Source of the DNA: Octopus vulgaris | Lineage: Eukaryota | Length of the DNA: 64,000 nt | Reading direction: 5' to 3' | Assembly (NCBI GenBank): GCA_951406725.2 | Contig: OX597819.1 | Location: 96,286,001-96,350,000, forward strand | Part shown: piece by piece, positions 63,354 to 64,000 of the stretch | How positions within the stretch are numbered: the stretch's first letter is position 1 | Layout of the letters: each line of letters opens with the position of its first letter | Notes under the pieces: generated by a model | Database searches by the model: none | Told to the model about the DNA's origin: nothing | The model's input: only the letters and a program-made list of their open reading frames with translations | Program-made: the position numbers and the translations under genes

Positions 63354-64000
63354 ATGATGTGCAAGAATACGAAAGATAAAAGCAGTGATGAAACTGATTT
63401 AGGTTTTACTCCGCCAAAGAAAAGAATTAAACAATATAATCATAAATTATCGAACAAACTTTTATTGAATTCTCGATTTTCATCATGGTTAGAACCAAGT
63501 AAAACAAATATCGAAAGAGCATACTGTAAGTTTTGTTGTTGTGAAATTCAAGGTCGTGTAACTCATCTGGAGGGGCACTGAAAAACAGATGAATTTATTA
63601 AAAATGTTAATTCAGAAAATAAAAGTGGAAAACTGACCGACTTTTCTGCCGCCTACAACTTCTGTTCATATTAAAAACATAGCAGCTACGGGAGCTTAAG
63701 CTTTGTTCTTTCATTGGAGAACATAACTTACCAGTAAGACTAATGGATCATTTACCTGGACTAATTCAGAATGCATGTCTTGATTCCAAATTAGCTAAAG
63801 ATATTAAATGTGCAGTAACCAAAGCTACTTAAATATATAAAAAATGTTTTAGATTCTTATTAGTTTGAAAACCTCATTAAACAGTTCAAAGAGTGCAAAT
63901 TTTTATTAATTGTTGATGAAACTACTGATGTAAGTACAAAAACAAAGCAAAAAACAACAACAACAAAAAACAGTAGGTTCTGTTAGTTGGATTTTATGAT
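63354..64000 (+). pseudogene. hAT-superfamily transposase remnant (BED-like finger and first catalytic Asp)
   Basis: WLEP..AYCKFCCCEI..HLEGH; ELKLCSFIGEHNLPVRLMDHL..DSKLAKDIKC..TKAT; LIVDETTDVS. Runs off the window end. Confidence 0.8.

Overview
AT-rich, microsatellite-dense animal non-coding DNA. The SINE families and repeat spectrum suggest an octopus or other coleoid cephalopod (inference). I found no host protein-coding exon; most ORF-track entries are translated microsatellites. The window is dominated by Penelope-like retroelements (PLEs). It holds a near-intact Neptune-type element (38512-42854, minus) and a near-intact Naiad-type element (45211-49480, plus) with a ~750-bp inverted terminal duplication. 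Each ORF is broken by a single -1 frameshift. There are also three decayed PLE coding remnants and several short PLE end fragments. These PLE sequences carry at least seven type I hammerhead ribozyme motifs: four with an intact CUGANGA core, two with a shared A6U core variant and one degenerate. Most PLE 3' ends abut a (TA)n tract. Other elements are an internally deleted Helitron with both termini and a PIF1 helicase pseudogene, Tc1/mariner, hAT, CR1 and R4/Dong remnants, and three tRNA-derived SINE families, including a dimeric subfamily and an inverted pair.
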